Shown here: piece after piece, positions 40,876 through 51,996 of the stretch | How the letters are laid out: every line of letters starts with the position of its first letter | Numbering within the stretch: position 1 is the first letter of the stretch | Assembly: GCA_963743915.1 (NCBI GenBank) | Contig: CAVURN010000001.1 | Span: 64,001 to 128,000 of the forward strand | Direction of reading: 5' to 3' | DNA length: 64,000 bases | Origin: an uncultured Actinomycetota bacterium | GTDB taxonomy: Bacteria > Actinomycetota > Actinomycetes > JAHEKZ01 | Notes under the pieces: generated by a model | Databases searched by the model: none | What the model saw: only the letters and a program-made list of their open reading frames with translations | What the model was told of the DNA's origin: nothing | Translations under genes and position numbers: made by a program

Positions 40876-42042
40876 TCATCGTGCCAGGTCGGCGACGAGC
40901 CGGCGCAGCGACACCCGGTCCGGCTTGCCGGACGGCAGCTGCGGCAGCGCATCGAGCGTCACGACCTGGCGGGGCAGCCAGGCGGTGGGCAGGGCGTCTC
41001 GGACCGCTGCGCGAACGGCGTCCAGCGTCGGTGTAGCAGGCCCTGTCAGCACCGCGACGACACGCTCTCCCCACGCCTCGTCGGGTACTCCGACCACAAC
41101 GACGCCGACGCCGGTCGCGGACTCCAGTGCGCGCTCGACGGCCTCGGCCGGCACGTTGACGCCACCGCTGATCACGACGTTGTCGACCCGACCATCGATC
41201 TGCAGCGCACCGGCGGCGTCCCAGTGTCCGAGGTCCGACGTGGTCAGCATCCCGTCCACGACCCCGGACGCCGTGCCGTCGCGGTATCCGTCGAACAGCA
41301 TCGGACCGGCGATCCGCACCACCGCGTCGTCACCGACCGTCACCTCCACCCCCGGCAGCGGGACTCCGTCGTAGACGCAGCCACCGCACGTCTCGGTCAT
41401 GCCGTAGGTGCGCACCACGGTGACGCCGGCGTCCTGTGCCCGGTTCAGCAGTGCCGGGGACGCCGCGGCACCGCCGAGCAGCACGGCGTCGAGCTGCCAG
41501 AGCGCCTCGACGCCCTCTCCGTCGTCGAGGAGCCGTTGCAGCTGGGTCGGCACCAGCGCGGTGTAGTGGGGCTGCTCGGACGCCGCGACGTCCAGCTCGC
41601 GCACGGCTTCAGCGAAGGCAGCGACGGTGAACCCGGTAGACGTGTCCAGCACCCCGGGGGGGAGGTCGGACCGCAGCGATCGCACCAGCACCTGCAGGCC
41701 GGCGATGTGCGTCGTCGGCAGCGCAAGCAGCCAGCGTCCTGGCCCACCGAGCGCTGCGTGCGTGGCGTCGGCCGAGAACGTCAGCGCAGCTCCGCTCAAC
41801 GCGGCCACGCGTGGCGCTCCGGTGCTGCCGGAGGTGGGGACGAGCAACGCGGAATCACCGGTCGGCTCGTCGATCCGGGCAGCGGCGAGCACCTGGTCGC
41901 GCTGAAGGCCGTCCGCCTCGACGGGCAGCAGCGCCGGGCCGTCGCCGGTCAGCGCGGAGGTGAGCCGCGGGAGGAACGCCGCCACCTCCTCCGCCGACGA
42001 CGGAGCGGTCACCACGTCCAGTGGATGCCGAGCGCTGGTCAC
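40876..42042 (-). CDS. menE: O-succinylbenzoate-CoA ligase
   Basis: [36 protein letters not shown]; men cluster context. Confidence 0.9.
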   Translation of the reverse strand: MTSARHPLDVVTAPSSAEEVAAFLPRLTSALTGDGPALLPVEADGLQRDQVLAAARIDEPTGDSALLVPTSGSTGAPRVAALSGAALTFSADATHAALGGPGRWLLALPTTHIAGLQVLVRSLRSDLPPGVLDTSTGFTVAAFAEAVRELDVAASEQPHYTALVPTQLQRLLDDGEGVEALWQLDAVLLGGAAASPALLNRAQDAGVTVVRTYGMTETCGGCVYDGVPLPGVEVTVGDDAVVRIAGPMLFDGYRDGTASGVVDGMLTTSDLGHWDAAGALQIDGRVDNVVISGGVNVPAEAVERALESATGVGVVVVGVPDEAWGERVVAVLTGPATPTLDAVRAAVRDALPTAWLPRQVVTLDALPQLPSGKPDRVSLRRLVADLAR

Positions 42043-42137
42043 CCGGGCATTCTTGCGCCTGTGCCGGTGTCGAGCCGCGCAGGCACCCGCCCCGCGCCGC
42101 CCGTACCCTGGGGGTCGATCCCGAAGGAGCATGTGCG

Positions 42138-43025
42138 ATGACCGACCAGGCTGGGCAGCTCGAGCACCCGGACGCCGCCACCACCATCAAGCCGGGCGCC
42201 GACTGGGTGCTGGCGGCCGACTACACCGACATCGAGTACCACGTCGCTGAGGGAATCGCGAAGATCACCATCAACCGTCCCGAGGTGAGGAACGCGTTCC
42301 GGCCCCAGACGCTGTTCGAGCTGTCCGACGCGTTCGACCGTGCGCGTGACGACGACACCGTCGGCGTCATCATCCTGACGGGCAAGGGCGACAAGGCGTT
42401 CTGCTCCGGTGGCGACCAGCGGATCCGCGGCGACGACGGGTACATCGGTGACGACGACGTCGCGCACAAGGGCATCGGACGCCTCAACGTGCTCGACCTG
42501 CAGGTGCAGATCCGGCGGACGCCGAAGCCGGTCGTCGCCATGATCGCCGGCTACGCCGTCGGGGGTGGGCACGTGCTGCACGTGGTGTGCGACCTTTCGA
42601 TCGCGGCCGAGAACGCGCGCTTCCAGCAGACCGGTCCGAAGGTCGGCTCGTTCGACGGCGGGTACGGCTCCGGCCTGCTGGCCCGGCACGTCGGTCAGAA
42701 ACGGGCGCGCGAGATCTGGTTCCTGTGCCGTCAGTACGACGCCGCCACTGCGCTCGACTGGGGGCTGGTCAACGCCGTCGTGCCGTTGGAGGAGCTCGAG
42801 GTCGAGACGGTGCAGTGGTGCCGCGAGATGCTGCAGCACTCGCCGCTCGCGCTCCGGATGCTGAAGGCGTCACTCAACGCTGCTGACGACGGTCTGGCCG
42901 GCATCCAGCAGCTCGCCGGTGACGCGACGCTGCTCTTCTACATGAGCGAAGAGGCACAAGAGGGACGCGACGCCTACGTGGCCAAGCGGAAGCCCGACTT
43001 CGGCAAGTTCCCCAAGCGGCCGTAG
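42138..43025 (+). CDS. menB: 1,4-dihydroxy-2-naphthoyl-CoA synthase
   Basis: [32 protein letters not shown]. Confidence 0.96.
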   Translation: MTDQAGQLEHPDAATTIKPGADWVLAADYTDIEYHVAEGIAKITINRPEVRNAFRPQTLFELSDAFDRARDDDTVGVIILTGKGDKAFCSGGDQRIRGDDGYIGDDDVAHKGIGRLNVLDLQVQIRRTPKPVVAMIAGYAVGGGHVLHVVCDLSIAAENARFQQTGPKVGSFDGGYGSGLLARHVGQKRAREIWFLCRQYDAATALDWGLVNAVVPLEELEVETVQWCREMLQHSPLALRMLKASLNAADDGLAGIQQLAGDATLLFYMSEEAQEGRDAYVAKRKPDFGKFPKRP

Positions 43026-43030
43026 CGCCC

Positions 43031-44013
43031 GTGACCGCATTTCCGACCGCCGACGAGCTGCTGGACGGCGCCGTCGGTTTCTCGATCCCGCTCGTCACCA
43101 CCTTCCGTCGTACGCAGGTGCGAGAGGGACTCCTGCTCCGCGGACCCGCCGGCTGGGGTGAGTTCGCGCCGTTCCCGGAGTACGACGCCGGCGAGCCTCG
43201 GCGCGCTGGCTCTCGGCGGCGATCGAAGCGGCCTGGATCGGCTGGCCCGAGGCTGTGCGTGACATCGTGCGCGTGAACGCGATCGTTCCTGCGGTGGACG
43301 CCGAGACGGCCGGACGACTGAGCCGCGAGTCCGGCTGCACGGCGGTGAAGGTGAAGGTCGCCGAACCCGGTCAGTCACTCGAGGATGACGTCGCACGCGT
43401 GGCGTCCGTCCGCGAGGCGCTCGGTCGGGACGGTCGCATCCGCGTCGATGCCAACGGCGCCTGGACGACCGAGGAGGCTGTCGAGGCGCTGAATGCGATG
43501 GCGGCCTATGACCTCGAGTACGCAGAACAGCCGTGTGCGACGGTGGTCGAGTGCGCCGCGTTGCGACGTATCACCACCGTGCCGATCGCGATCGACGAGG
43601 CGGTGCGCACGGCTGACGACCCCCACCACGTGGTTGGTCTGCGTGAGGCCGCGGACCTGCTCGTGCTGAAAGTGCCCCCGCTCGGCGGCGTCCGGCCGGC
43701 ACTGGCGGTCGCTGACACCTACGGGCTGCCCTGCGTCGTCTCGTCGGCCCTCGACACGTCCGTTGGGCTGGCCGCCGGACTGGCGCTGGCGGGGTCCCTT
43801 CCTGAGCTTCCCTTCGCCTGTGGGCTCGGGTCCGGCCAGCTGCTCACCACCGACGTCGCCGCCGACCGGCTGTTACCTGTCGACGGTGCACTGCGGGTCC
43901 GCAGCGTCGCACCCACCCCGGACGCGCTGGACGCGGTGGCGATGAACCCCGCCGGGCTCGCCCACTGGCGGCGGCGCCTGCGCCAGGCACTGGACGCGCT
44001 CTCCGCGCACTAG
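43031..44013 (+). CDS. menC: O-succinylbenzoate synthase; one frameshift near 43197
   Basis: GWGEFAPF.EY, then KVKV, RVDANGAW, EQP, DE and SSALDTSVG in the shifted frame. Confidence 0.9.
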
Positions 44014-44019
44014 CAACGC

Positions 44020-44065
44020 CAGGGCGCCACGGTCACGCCGCAGGACGGGGCATCGTGGCGCTCTG
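44020..44065. repeat. REP-like hairpin between menC and menD
   Basis: CAGGGCGCCACG / CGTGGCGCTCTG. Confidence 0.35.
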
Positions 44066-44172
44066 CCGTCGATTTCCCTCGATCCGCCGATCGACCGACG
44101 CCTCTGCCAGGTCGATACAGTCAACGCGTCGTCATCGTGCGCCCGCCGATCCGACCCTCCGAGAGGCAGCCC

Positions 44173-45891
44173 ATGAACCCGTCCACGGCACTGGCCACGG
44201 TGCTGGTCGACGAGCTGCTGCGTTGTGGCATGCGCGAGGCGGTGCTCGCCCCGGGCTCACGGTCGGCCGCTGTCGCGCTCGCACTGCAGGAGGCGGAGGC
44301 AGAGGGACGCATCCGGCTGCATGTCCGGATCGACGAGCGCAGCGCCGGATATCTCGGGCTGGGACTGGCGAAAGCGTCCGGCACGCCGGTTCCGGTGGTC
44401 ACCACATCCGGCACCGCCGCGGCGAACCTGCACCCCGCCGTCCTGGAGGCCGACCAGTCGGGCGTCCCGCTGCTGCTGCTGACTGCGGACCGACCACCTG
44501 AGCTGCGCTCCACGGGCGCGAATCAGACGATCGACCAGGTGAAGCTCTTCGGGGACGCCGTGCGGCTCTTCGCCGAGGTCGGGACGCCCGAGCGCGTCAC
44601 TGGTCTCACGGCGTACTGGCGAGCCCTCACCGGACGCGCATGGGCAGCGGCCCGAGGCACCCTCACCCGCAACCCCGGACCTGTCCACCTGAACCTCGCG
44701 TTCCGTGAGCCCCTGCTGCCGGATGGCGACTACGACTGGCCGGAACCCCTCGGGGGACGGGCGCACAACGCACCGTGGGTCTCCGCAGAGGATCCGGTCG
44801 TCGTCGCACCCAACGTCCGGCTGCCCGCGCGGACGCTGGTGATCGTGGGCGACGCGGCGCCCGCGCTCGGACGTGCTGCCGCGGTGCTCGCCGAGGAGCA
44901 CGGATGGCCGATCATCAGCGAGCCCAGCGGGAACGCGCGTAGCGGCGCCCACGCCATCTCGACCGGTGCGTGGTTGCTCGAGGTGGACGCCTTCGTCAAC
45001 GCGGCGCGCCCTGACCAGGTGCTCGTGGTCGGACGCCCCACCCTGTCGCGGGCCGTCCTCCGCATCCTCCGTGACCCGCGCTCGACGGTGACGGTGGTCG
45101 CAGCGACGGCGAGCTGGGCCGACCCCACCCGCACGGCAGCGCAGGTGCTCCCTGCCCTGCCAGCAGCGGACGGCCATCACGAGCCGGATGCGGAGTGGCT
45201 GTCGCTGTGGCAGGACGCTGAACGCGCGGCCCGGACCGCGATCGACCGCGCGCTCGAGGACGACAGCGCCGCTGAGCTCGGCCTGGCCAGCGGGTTGTAT
45301 GCAGCGCTTCCTGCCGACGCGCTGCTCTTCCTCGGCTCGTCCATGCCGGTGCGTGACGTCTTCGCCGCCGCCGCACCCCGTGACGGCGTCACGGTGCTGG
45401 CCAACCGCGGCGCAGCCGGGATAGACGGCACGGTGTCGTCCGCGATCGGCGCCGCACTCGCGTGGCAGCGCGATGGTGGTGGTCGCGCCTTCGCGCTCAT
45501 GGGAGACCTGACCGCGCTCCACGACGCGAACGGTCTGGTGCTCGGGCCGGACGAGCAGGAACCCGACCTCACGATCGTGGTCGTCAACAACGACGGCGGC
45601 GCGATCTTCTCTCTGCTCGAGCAGGGCGCGGACGACTACGCCGACGCCTTCGAGAGGGTCTTCGGGACGCCGCACGGCGTCGATCTCGCCGCATGGTGCG
45701 GCGCCACCCAGACTCCGCACACCCGCACCGGATCAGTGGCAGCAGCGCTTGACGCCATCCTTGATCCGCGAGGGAGCGGCATTCGGGTGGTTGAGCTGCG
45801 TACTGATCGGGCTGCGGTCGCCCGCGTCCGACGCGACCTGCGCGAGAGCATCCGCGCCGCGGTTCCCCCCGCCCTCGACGACAACACGTGA
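44173..45891 (+). CDS. menD: SEPHCHC synthase
   Basis: MNPSTA, PGSRS, IDERSAG, TTSGTA, ANRGAAGIDG, GDLT.LHD, NNDGG. Confidence 0.95.
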   Translation: MNPSTALATVLVDELLRCGMREAVLAPGSRSAAVALALQEAEAEGRIRLHVRIDERSAGYLGLGLAKASGTPVPVVTTSGTAAANLHPAVLEADQSGVPLLLLTADRPPELRSTGANQTIDQVKLFGDAVRLFAEVGTPERVTGLTAYWRALTGRAWAAARGTLTRNPGPVHLNLAFREPLLPDGDYDWPEPLGGRAHNAPWVSAEDPVVVAPNVRLPARTLVIVGDAAPALGRAAAVLAEEHGWPIISEPSGNARSGAHAISTGAWLLEVDAFVNAARPDQVLVVGRPTLSRAVLRILRDPRSTVTVVAATASWADPTRTAAQVLPALPAADGHHEPDAEWLSLWQDAERAARTAIDRALEDDSAAELGLASGLYAALPADALLFLGSSMPVRDVFAAAAPRDGVTVLANRGAAGIDGTVSSAIGAALAWQRDGGGRAFALMGDLTALHDANGLVLGPDEQEPDLTIVVVNNDGGAIFSLLEQGADDYADAFERVFGTPHGVDLAAWCGATQTPHTRTGSVAAALDAILDPRGSGIRVVELRTDRAAVARVRRDLRESIRAAVPPALDDNT

Positions 45892-45944
45892 GCTGGACGC
45901 CACCAGGAGGGCGTTGAACCCACGCGTTGCGCGAGGGTGTCGGC

Positions 45945-46919
45945 TCAGCCGGCCTTGGCCTTGCGCGTCTCCTCGACGATCGCCGGCAGCACCTTGCTGA
46001 CGTCGCCGATGATCGCGTAGTCGGCGTACCCCATGATCGCGGCCTCGGGGTCGGTGTTGATCACGATCATCGTCTTGGAGTTGCGACAACCGGCGATGTG
46101 CTGAGTGGCGCCACTGATGCCGCACGCGATGTAGAGGTCCGGAGCCACCTTGGTACCCGTCTGCCCGACCTGCTCGGTGTGCGGGCGCCATCCGTTGCCG
46201 GTGACGACGCGCGAGCAGCCCACCGTGCCGCCCAACAGCTCGGCGAGCTCCTCGAGCGGTGCGAAGCCCTCGGCGCTGCCGACACCACGACCGCCTGACA
46301 CGACGACCTTGGCGTCGGCGAGCGAGACACCGGACGCCTCGGCGGACGCCGCAGCAGGCTTGGCGAGGACCAACAGGTCTGTGTCGGAGAGCTCGGGAGT
46401 GAACTCGGTCACGGTGCCCGCACCGGAGCCGCCCGGTTCGGCCGCCACGGTGTGCGGCACGAGTGTCACCAGCGCGGGGGACCCGTGCAGGTTGGCCTCC
46501 TCGATGAGACTGCCACCCCAGCGCGAACGCACCACCTGCGTCGGCGACCCAGGAGCCACCTTCACGCAGTCGGCAGCCACAGGAAGGTCGGTCAGCGCAC
46601 CGAGATGCGCCATGACCTCGTTGCCACGCGGAGTGCCGGCGGCCAGGACGAGGGTGGCGCCGGTGCGCTCGGCCACCTGTGCGGCGGCGCGGGCCGAAGC
46701 CACGGGTGCGTACTCGGTGAGGGCGTCATGCGCGGCGAGGTGCACCGTCGCCACCCCGTGCTCGCCCAGCGTTGCGCTGCCGTCGCGGCCGTCGGCACCG
46801 ACGACCAGGGCGTCGAGCGGCTCACCGGTGGACGCCGCGAGCTCGCGTCCGTAGGTGACGGCCTGCAGCGACAGCTCGTCGAGCTGGCCGTGGTCATGGT
46901 CGATGAGGACGAGCACCAT
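45945..46919 (-). CDS. etfA: Electron transfer flavoprotein alpha subunit
   Basis: VSGGRG, QVGQTG..VAPDLYIACGISGATQH, INTDPEA. Confidence 0.94.
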   Translation of the reverse strand: MVLVLIDHDHGQLDELSLQAVTYGRELAASTGEPLDALVVGADGRDGSATLGEHGVATVHLAAHDALTEYAPVASARAAAQVAERTGATLVLAAGTPRGNEVMAHLGALTDLPVAADCVKVAPGSPTQVVRSRWGGSLIEEANLHGSPALVTLVPHTVAAEPGGSGAGTVTEFTPELSDTDLLVLAKPAAASAEASGVSLADAKVVVSGGRGVGSAEGFAPLEELAELLGGTVGCSRVVTGNGWRPHTEQVGQTGTKVAPDLYIACGISGATQHIAGCRNSKTMIVINTDPEAAIMGYADYAIIGDVSKVLPAIVEETRKAKAG

Positions 46920-46920
46920 G

Positions 46921-47688
46921 TCAGATCACCCCGATCTGCTTGAAGATCTCGACCACGGCAGGGGCGGCCTCCGGGCCGTTGCCCAGCACCTGCGCGTGCT
47001 TGGCCTCGGTGACGGGCACCTCGAGCCGGGTCTTCTCCAGCTTCGGCTCCGGACGTTCGGGGTTCAGCCGCTCGATCGGCTTCTTCTTCGCACGGATACG
47101 TCCGGGCACGGACGGGTAGCGCGGGATGTTGAGCCCGTCGAGCACCGTGACGACGGCCGGCAGCGGTACGTCGTACTGCTCCACTCCGGACTTGACCGGT
47201 CGTTCGAAGGTGGCTGTGTAATCCGGGCCACCTCCGATCGCAATGCCCTTGACACCGGTCACCACAGGCTGTCCGAGCTTGTGCGCCACCCGGATGCCCA
47301 CCTGGTAGCCGGAAGCATCAGCCGACTCGTTACCCATGATGACGAGGTCGAAGTCGGTCTCGTCGGCATTGATCGCGTCAGCGATCGCGGACGCCGTCGC
47401 CTGCGGGTCCCACTCCTGGCCGTCAGTCTCGAGCAGAATGCCGCGATCGGCGCCGATCGCCATCTGCTCGCGGATCTGCTCCTCGGCCTCGGGTGGTCCG
47501 AGAGTCAGCACCGTGACGCTGCCCTCGCCGGCCTTTTCCACGATGCGCACCGCCTCCTCGACGGCCACCTCCTCGTGCGGGCTGATCGTGAATCCGAGCT
47601 TGGCCGACTCGATGTCGCGACCGTCCTCGGTGATCGTGAACTTGCCCCCGGACAGGGGGACGCGCTTGATGCAGACGAGAACATCCAT
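46921..47688 (-). CDS. etfB: Electron transfer flavoprotein beta subunit
   Basis: MDVLVCIKRVP, AVEEAV, GADRG, GNESAD, NIPRYP. Confidence 0.93.
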   Translation of the reverse strand: MDVLVCIKRVPLSGGKFTITEDGRDIESAKLGFTISPHEEVAVEEAVRIVEKAGEGSVTVLTLGPPEAEEQIREQMAIGADRGILLETDGQEWDPQATASAIADAINADETDFDLVIMGNESADASGYQVGIRVAHKLGQPVVTGVKGIAIGGGPDYTATFERPVKSGVEQYDVPLPAVVTVLDGLNIPRYPSVPGRIRAKKKPIERLNPERPEPKLEKTRLEVPVTEAKHAQVLGNGPEAAPAVVEIFKQIGVI

Positions 47689-50207
47689 CAGGAGAGAATC
47701 CGCTCGTTCTTGGGGTCGAACAGGGGAGTGGCTCCGGCCACCGCGACGGTCACCGGGTAGTGGTCGCCGAGGTACTCGACGACGAGCTTGGTGCCTTCCT
47801 TCGCGTACTCCGGCGGCAGGTAGCTCATCAGCACGTGTTTGCCGACCGACGGTGCTGAACCCGCGCTGGTGACGAACGATCGACGTCCGTGCGCGTCGGT
47901 GATCGGTTCCTTCTCCAACGTGAGGATGGGTTCCTTGCCCATCATGTAGCGCTTCTCGCCGGTGCTGCTGGTGTGGTCGTCGACCGTGAGCGAACACAGC
48001 GTCGCCACAGGATCTTCACTTCGGTGCTTGAGGTGCGACTCCTTGCCGATGAAGTCCGCCTCCTTGACCTTCGGCGGTGCCATTCCGGCCTCGACGACGT
48101 TGAACTCGGTCTCGAGTTCGGTGCCGAAGGCTCGGTAGCCCTTCTCCATGCGGCCGGTCGTGCCATACACGCCGATGCCCACCGGGATCAGGCCGTGCGA
48201 CTGGCCGGCCTCCCAAAGGGCGTCCCACAGCTGGGCGCCCTGCTCCATCGGCACGTACAGCTCCCAGCCAAGGTCGCCGACGTACGAGATGCGCGACGCG
48301 AGCACCTTGAGAGATCCGATTTCGATCGTCTTGCACGTTCCGAACTTGAAGCCCTCGTGCGAGACGTCGTCGCGGGTGATCGACTCGAGGATCCGACGCG
48401 CGTTGGGCCCCCAGATGCCGAGCGTCGTGAGCGACGAGGTGAGGTCGGTGATCTGCGCCGTGCCGTCCTCCGGCAGGTGGTCGCGGAACCACTTCAGGTC
48501 TGCCATGCCGTGCGCTCCGCCAGTGACGACGCGGAAGTGGTCGTGCCCGAGGCGCATGACGGTGAGGTCTGACTTGAACCCCCCGTTCGCCGACAGCACC
48601 GGGGTGTAGACCACACGGCCGACTGGGACGTCCATCTGTCGCATGCAGACCAGCTGCACGGTGTCGAGTGCACCGGGGCCCTGGATGTCGAACTCGACGA
48701 AGGCGGTCAGGTCGACCAGGCCGGCCGTCTCGCGCATCTGCAGGTGCTCGGCGTTGATGATCGGCGACCACCAGCGTGACTCCCACTCGGCGGTGCGTGG
48801 CATGACAGCGTCGCCGAACTTCTCGAGGAGCCCTGCGTTGGACTCGTACCAGAAGGGGCGCTCCCAACCGACGGTCTCGTAGAACTCCGCACCGAGCGCC
48901 TTCTGGCGCTCGTAGTACGGCGACAGACGGACGTTGCGGTTGGACGCCCACTGCTCGTTGGGGTGCACGATGCCGTAGGTCTTGTTGAAGCCCTCGGCAG
49001 TGCGCTCCTTGATGTGCTTACGGGTCTTCTGGTGGTCGTAGAAGCGGGCGATGTCGGACGCCTGAAGGTCGATCTCGGACTCGCCGAGCACCATCCACTC
49101 CGACACCGCCTTGCCGATACCTGGGCCCTCCTTGATCCACACGGCGGACACCGACCAGAGGTTCTTCACCTCGGGGGTCTCACCGAGCAGCGGCATGCCG
49201 TCCGGCGTCAACGACAGCAGTCCGTTGATGGCGTACTTCTGGCCGACCGTCTCGTCGCCCACGATCTCGGGCATGAGCTCGAGGGCCTGCTCGTACTGGA
49301 GCTCGAAGTCTTCAGCGGTGAAGGGGAACTCGGTGGGGGACAGCTGAGCTTCTTCGACCGACGGAAGCTCTTCAGGGTCGTGCAGGATCGCGCGGTGCGC
49401 GTACGATCCGATCTCGAGTCCGTTGCCGTGCTGGCGCTCGTACATGTTGGTGTCCATGTCGCGGACGATCGGGTGCTCGATGTCCCCCTTGGCGTCGGCA
49501 AAACGGGGGACCGGGCCGACGTCGATCATCTGGTGGACGGCGGGGGTCAGCGGGATGGACGCCCCTGCCATCTTGGCCAGACGCGGTCCCCAGAGACCGG
49601 TCGCGATGACGACGTACTCGGCCTCGATGGTTCCGTTGTCGGTCTCGACAGCCTTGATCTGGCCGTTCTCGACGACCATGCCGGTGACCTCGGTGTTGGC
49701 GAAGGTCTGCAGGGCGCCCATCTCCTGCGCCCTCTCGCGCATGATCGTGCCCGCCCGGAGCGAATCGACGACGCCGACGCCCGGTGTGTAGAAGCCGCCG
49801 AGGATGACGTCCGGGTCCATGTACGGCACGAGCTCGACGCACTCGGCGGGTGTGAGCATCTTGCAGCCGGGGATGCCGAATGACTTCGACGACTGCATGC
49901 GACGCTGCAGCTCCTGCATCCGCTCCTCGGTGCGGGCGACCTCGATCCCGCCGCACTCGGTGAAGACGCCCATCTCCTTGTACTGGTGCACGCTGTCGAA
50001 CGTCAGCAGCGCCATCTCTTTGCTGTGGTCCACCGGGAAGATGAAGTTGGACGCGTGGCCCGTCGAGCCACCGGGGTTGGGCAGCGGACCCTTGTCGATC
50101 TGCACCAGGTCGGTCCAGCCAAGACGGGCCAGGTGGTAGGCCATGGAGTTGCCGACGATGCCGGCTCCGATGATGACGGCCTTCGCCCGCGAGGGGAGGG
50201 TGCTCAT
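47688..50207 (-). CDS. GcvT-family FAD-dependent dimethylglycine/sarcosine dehydrogenase-like protein (839 aa)
   Basis: IIGAGIVG, GGSTGHA (covalent-FAD His), TPDG, GWERP, SYVGDLGWELY, RMEKGYR THF-binding domain. Confidence 0.9.
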   Translation of the reverse strand: MSTLPSRAKAVIIGAGIVGNSMAYHLARLGWTDLVQIDKGPLPNPGGSTGHASNFIFPVDHSKEMALLTFDSVHQYKEMGVFTECGGIEVARTEERMQELQRRMQSSKSFGIPGCKMLTPAECVELVPYMDPDVILGGFYTPGVGVVDSLRAGTIMRERAQEMGALQTFANTEVTGMVVENGQIKAVETDNGTIEAEYVVIATGLWGPRLAKMAGASIPLTPAVHQMIDVGPVPRFADAKGDIEHPIVRDMDTNMYERQHGNGLEIGSYAHRAILHDPEELPSVEEAQLSPTEFPFTAEDFELQYEQALELMPEIVGDETVGQKYAINGLLSLTPDGMPLLGETPEVKNLWSVSAVWIKEGPGIGKAVSEWMVLGESEIDLQASDIARFYDHQKTRKHIKERTAEGFNKTYGIVHPNEQWASNRNVRLSPYYERQKALGAEFYETVGWERPFWYESNAGLLEKFGDAVMPRTAEWESRWWSPIINAEHLQMRETAGLVDLTAFVEFDIQGPGALDTVQLVCMRQMDVPVGRVVYTPVLSANGGFKSDLTVMRLGHDHFRVVTGGAHGMADLKWFRDHLPEDGTAQITDLTSSLTTLGIWGPNARRILESITRDDVSHEGFKFGTCKTIEIGSLKVLASRISYVGDLGWELYVPMEQGAQLWDALWEAGQSHGLIPVGIGVYGTTGRMEKGYRAFGTELETEFNVVEAGMAPPKVKEADFIGKESHLKHRSEDPVATLCSLTVDDHTSSTGEKRYMMGKEPILTLEKEPITDAHGRRSFVTSAGSAPSVGKHVLMSYLPPEYAKEGTKLVVEYLGDHYPVTVAVAGATPLFDPKNERILS

Positions 50208-50238
50208 GTCGGCGTGCCTTTCGTTCGTGTGTGCTGGT

Positions 50239-50910
50239 TCAGAGCGACCGGCGGATCGAGCTTTCGAACCCGTCGATGTGGGCGTGCATGACCGAGGCGG
50301 CGCGCTCAGGGTCGCCGTCCCGGATGGCTTCGAGGATGTTGCGGTGCTCGAGTACGGCGTCCTCGAGGTTTGTCACTTTGTCGAGGGACAGGAACCAGAT
50401 GCGCAGGGCGTGCATGTAGTGCTCGTCGAGGACCGACTCGAGGAACGCGTTGTGCGCCGCGTGGTACACGAAGCGGTGGATCCGCTGGTCGATCTCGATG
50501 AGCCGTCGCCCGACCGGCTTGACGCTGACGGCGTCGAGCTCGCCAAGAAGGGCCACGAGCTCGACCCGCTCGCCCTCGGTGCGGCGCTCGGCGGCGAGGC
50601 GGGCAGCAAACGGCTCGAGGACCCCGCGTACCTCAGACAGTGCAGCGAGGTCACGGGCGTCCGCCGACGAGACGAACATGCCCCGACGCGGGTAGACCTC
50701 GACCAGCTTGGCCTGCGCGAGTGCGCGGAGCGCCTCGCGGATGGGGGTGCGGCCGAGGCCGAGCCGCTCCATCAGCTCGCGCTCGTCGAGCAGACTGCCC
50801 GGCGGCAGCTCGAGGGTGACGATCAGCTCGCGCAGCGCGAAGAACGCCTGCTCGGACTGGGAGCGGGCGTCCGCGGCGTCGGGCTGGAGGATCTCGACCG
50901 ATGAGGTCAC
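50239..50910 (-). CDS. GntR family (FCD) regulator
   Basis: LGLGRTPIREAL..PRRG wHTH; FCD EH..ILEAI. Confidence 0.9.
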   Translation of the reverse strand: MTSSVEILQPDAADARSQSEQAFFALRELIVTLELPPGSLLDERELMERLGLGRTPIREALRALAQAKLVEVYPRRGMFVSSADARDLAALSEVRGVLEPFAARLAAERRTEGERVELVALLGELDAVSVKPVGRRLIEIDQRIHRFVYHAAHNAFLESVLDEHYMHALRIWFLSLDKVTNLEDAVLEHRNILEAIRDGDPERAASVMHAHIDGFESSIRRSL

Positions 50911-51003
50911 GCGATAGATATATCAGTCACCACAGATGCTGTATACCCCCCGACGACCCTGGTTCCACCGGATGAAATGCCCGAGGAGGATCCTCGCTGA
51001 CAC

Positions 51004-51058
51004 GATCTTGAGGTTGGGGGCAGACACGTGCGGTGTGTCTGCCCCCAACCTCAAGATC
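51004..51058. repeat. Perfect 24-bp inverted repeat (REP-like or terminator)
   Basis: GATCTTGAGGTTGGGGGCAGACAC, 7-nt loop, GTGTCTGCCCCCAACCTCAAGATC. Confidence 0.75.
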
Positions 51059-51074
51059 AAGAGGGACTTTGGGC

Positions 51075-51950
51075 TTAGAACTCGGCAGCGGCGGCTTCGG
51101 AGGCCTGCTTCGCGCGGTGGATCTGGATCCAGCTCGCGCCCCACTCGTCGTGGCCGAGCATCAGGTCGGCGCCCTTGACGGCGGTGACGACCTGCGGACT
51201 GCGGGCGTCCATGATCGCGCTGGTCAGGCCGGCACGCATCGCCATGGGCAGGAACACCGCGTTGAGGGTGTGCCGGTCGGGCATGCCGAACGACACGTTG
51301 GACGCCCCGAGCGTCATGTTCACGCCGATCTGCTCCCGGATCATGCTGATCGCCTCCATCGTCCGATCGGCGTGCAGCGAGTCGGCACCGATCGGCATGG
51401 CGAGCGGGTCGATCACGATGTCCTCGAGCGGGATCCCGTACTTGGTGGTGGCGATCTCCACGAACTTCTTGGTGAGCTCCACGCGGCGTACGGGGTCGAT
51501 GGGGATCTCGGTCTCGTCGTTGGGCAGGGCGATGATCGCGGCGTTGTGCCGCTTGACCAGCGGCAGGATCAGCTCCATGCGGTCGTCCTCGACGGTCACC
51601 GAGTTGACCAGCGCCTTGCCCTCGTAGGCGCCGAGCCCCGCCTCGAGTGCTTCGACGACGGAGGAGTCGATGCAGAGGGGCAGGTCGGTCAGCGACTGCA
51701 CCAGCTTCACGGCCTTGGCCAGGAGCTCGGCCTCGTCGGTGAGTGGGACCCCCATGTTGACGTCGAGCACCATCGCGCCGCCGGCCACCTGGGTGGCGAC
51801 GTCGGTCTCGACAGCGGAGAGGTCTCCTTCACGCAGCTGCTCCTGGAACTTCTTGCGGCCCGTGGGATTGATGCGCTCGCCGATGATGCAGAACGGCTGG
51901 TCGTCGCCGATGATGACCTGCTTGCTCGCCGAGCTGAGGACGGTGTGCAT
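51075..51950 (-). CDS. Pterin-binding methyl-THF:corrinoid methyltransferase (AcsE/MetH-folate-domain like)
   Basis: IIGERINPTGRK, LDVNMG, CIDSS, NSV, IDPL, GASNVSFGMP; AGGAG RBS before ATG 51950. Confidence 0.9.
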   Translation of the reverse strand: MHTVLSSASKQVIIGDDQPFCIIGERINPTGRKKFQEQLREGDLSAVETDVATQVAGGAMVLDVNMGVPLTDEAELLAKAVKLVQSLTDLPLCIDSSVVEALEAGLGAYEGKALVNSVTVEDDRMELILPLVKRHNAAIIALPNDETEIPIDPVRRVELTKKFVEIATTKYGIPLEDIVIDPLAMPIGADSLHADRTMEAISMIREQIGVNMTLGASNVSFGMPDRHTLNAVFLPMAMRAGLTSAIMDARSPQVVTAVKGADLMLGHDEWGASWIQIHRAKQASEAAAAEF

Positions 51951-51996
51951 GGTGCTCCTGTTCGTGCTGTTGCTGAGGGTCTGGGTGGCGCCGCGC

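Noticed and set aside
39969-45891. Functional co-clustering of men genes with the betaine/ETF island
   Set aside because: The men cluster normally follows the ccs genes in actinobacteria, so the adjacency is adequately explained by the insertion site.
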